A stretch of DNA of 64,000 nt from an uncultured Chloroflexia bacterium (lineage in GTDB: Bacteria > Chloroflexota > Limnocylindria > Limnocylindrales > CSP1-4): contig CAVTHS010000008.1 of assembly GCA_963734535.1 (NCBI GenBank), forward strand, positions 288,001 to 352,000. The letters run 5' to 3'. Of the stretch, positions 63,501 to 64,000 are shown in pieces (the first letter of the stretch is position 1; each line of letters begins with the position of its first letter). A program made the position numbers and the translations under genes. The notes below the pieces were generated by a model. It was not told where the DNA came from. It did not search any database and saw only the letters and a program-made list of their open reading frames with translations.

Positions 63501-64000
63501 CGGCCGGTCTGCTCGGCGAGCTCGGCCATGACCTCGGTCACGATGCCCGGTACGTTGTCGTAGAACCGGTTCGCGGCCTCGCGAGCCTGGAAGAACGAGT
63601 CCGGGTTCTGGGCCGTGCCGCGGATGAAGGGCGCGTCGGGGGTCATGCCGCGGGCCCGGAAGGCAAGCACGTCATCGTCGCGGATCAGGGACCGGATGAC
63701 ATCGTCCCCCATGATCGCGATCTTGTTGATCTCGTGCGAGGTGCGGAACCCGTCGAAGAAGTGCAGGAACGGGATCCGCGAGCGGAGCGTGGCGGCGTGC
63801 GCGACGAGCGCGAAGTCGTGCGCTTCCTGGACGGAGCCCGCGGCGAGCATCGCCCATCCCGTTGCCCGCGCGTGCATGACGTCGCTGTGGTCGCCGTAGA
63901 TCGAGAGCGCATGCGTCGCGAGCGTGCGGGCCGCGACGTGGATCACCGTCGGCGTCAGCTCGCCCGCGATCTTGAACATGTTCGGGATCATGAGGAGCAG
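60554..64000 (-). CDS. nifJ: Pyruvate:ferredoxin (flavodoxin) oxidoreductase, 5' truncated
   Basis: DGFRTSHE, GRYGLSSKE, GSDGTVGAN, two 4Fe-4S motifs, GGDGWAYDIG, YSNTGGQ. Confidence 0.96.
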   Translation of the reverse strand: MLLMIPNMFKIAGELTPTVIHVAARTLATHALSIYGDHSDVMHARATGWAMLAAGSVQEAHDFALVAHAATLRSRIPFLHFFDGFRTSHEINKIAIMGDDVIRSLIRDDDVLAFRARGMTPDAPFIRGTAQNPDSFFQAREAANRFYDNVPGIVTEVMAELAEQTGRRYGIVDYHGAPDADRVIVIIGSAAGAVQETVDALNATGQKVGVVVVRLFQPFPSDALMAALPSTVKAIAVLDRTKEPGAVGEPLYQAVVAALTEQMDSEEPPFTTMPRVIGGRYGLSSKEVTPGMIRPVFDELSADRPKRHFTVGIYDDVTHLSLPIDVDYRTPRPAGEVQALFFGLGSDGTVGANHASVKIIGEGTDLFAQGFFVYDSKKSGGTTVSHLRFGPVQTKSAYLIDSADFVACHQFGLLDKIKILDFAKPGATFLLNSPYGPDEIWDRLPVDVQRHLVNKKIDFWVIDALAVAAETGMGTRINTIMQPCFFHLSGVLPSAEAIERIKAFVEKTYAKRGQAVVDQNFAAIDASIARLGHVTLGPATTGHALPPVVPADAPDFVKTVTATLMAGDGDRLPVSAFPVDGTFPSGTTRFEKRAIALELPIWDPSICIDCGKCAMVCPHAAIRMKVYPAAAVEGAPAGFQSKEFKSRDLLDHRITIQVAPDDCTGCGVCVDVCPAKSKSEVKHKSINLEPAAAHRDVERPHWEFFQSIAPLDRSLIAHDTVKGAQVLEPLFEFSLACNGCGETPYLKLVSQLFGDRMIVANATGCSSIYGANLPTTPWTVNAQGRGPAWNNSLFEDNAEFGLGMRLGLDAQNDQARRLVTKLAPAIGPDLVRDILEADQDTETGIDAQRARIVRLREILGAMDGDSGSDARHLLALANDLVRKGVWIVGGDGWAYDIGYGGLDHVLGSGRNVNVLVLDTEVYSNTGGQASKATPRGAVAKFAAAGKSRGKKDLGAVARAYGDVYVAQISMGANDAQAAKALLEADAWPGPSLVIAYSTCIAHGIDMSKSMSHQKDAVKSGYWPLYRFHPSDTESGQPFKLDSTRPSMPVSDFVAGETRFAILARTQPERAADLAKLAQADVDERWRYYEQLAAMHRSVPHLPPMEPGTQAELPPDADSATTIAGGTPDDVTAEPMMADSAAAAKGDVE

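Noticed and set aside
1-64000. tRNA, rRNA, prophage, integrase or defence systems
   Set aside because: No recognisable signatures found by eye

Overview
Very GC-rich bacterial DNA, plausibly Chloroflexota (inferred from gene content and many Pro/Thr-rich secreted proteins; not provable here). About 18 genes carry small indels, most likely long-read assembly errors. Layout: (1) 0-11.7 kb core metabolism: dhaL/dhaK, cupin, ferritin-VIT1 fusion, OCD / penicillin acylase / sarcosine-oxidase-like operon, sufB-sufD-Rieske with an Rrf2-like box. (2) About 11.7-32.3 kb accessory surface/signalling region: PAS-GAF-GGDEF, Crp/Fnr, three SipW-type (S26B) signal peptidases with two TasA/camelysin-like substrates, a PH-like / J-domain pair, nitroreductase, IS481 remnant, esterase, NarL-type two-component system, GH18, SH3/Ig-like and C39-like proteins. 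(3) 32-47.6 kb transport and stress genes: RND+MarR, YcaQ/AlkZ, CAP, OsmC, PTE, amino-acid ABC, MMPL, class III aminotransferase. (4) 47.8-64 kb redox cluster: SQR-TusA-DsrE-ArsR, hypFCDE, four-subunit 2-oxoacid:ferredoxin oxidoreductase, DHODH-like, PFOR. Best candidate for a new system: the SipW/TasA cluster. Two of its peptidases are fused to their own apparent SipW cleavage motif plus a cargo domain (one RTX Ca-binding), and two transcription units share a near-identical upstream element.
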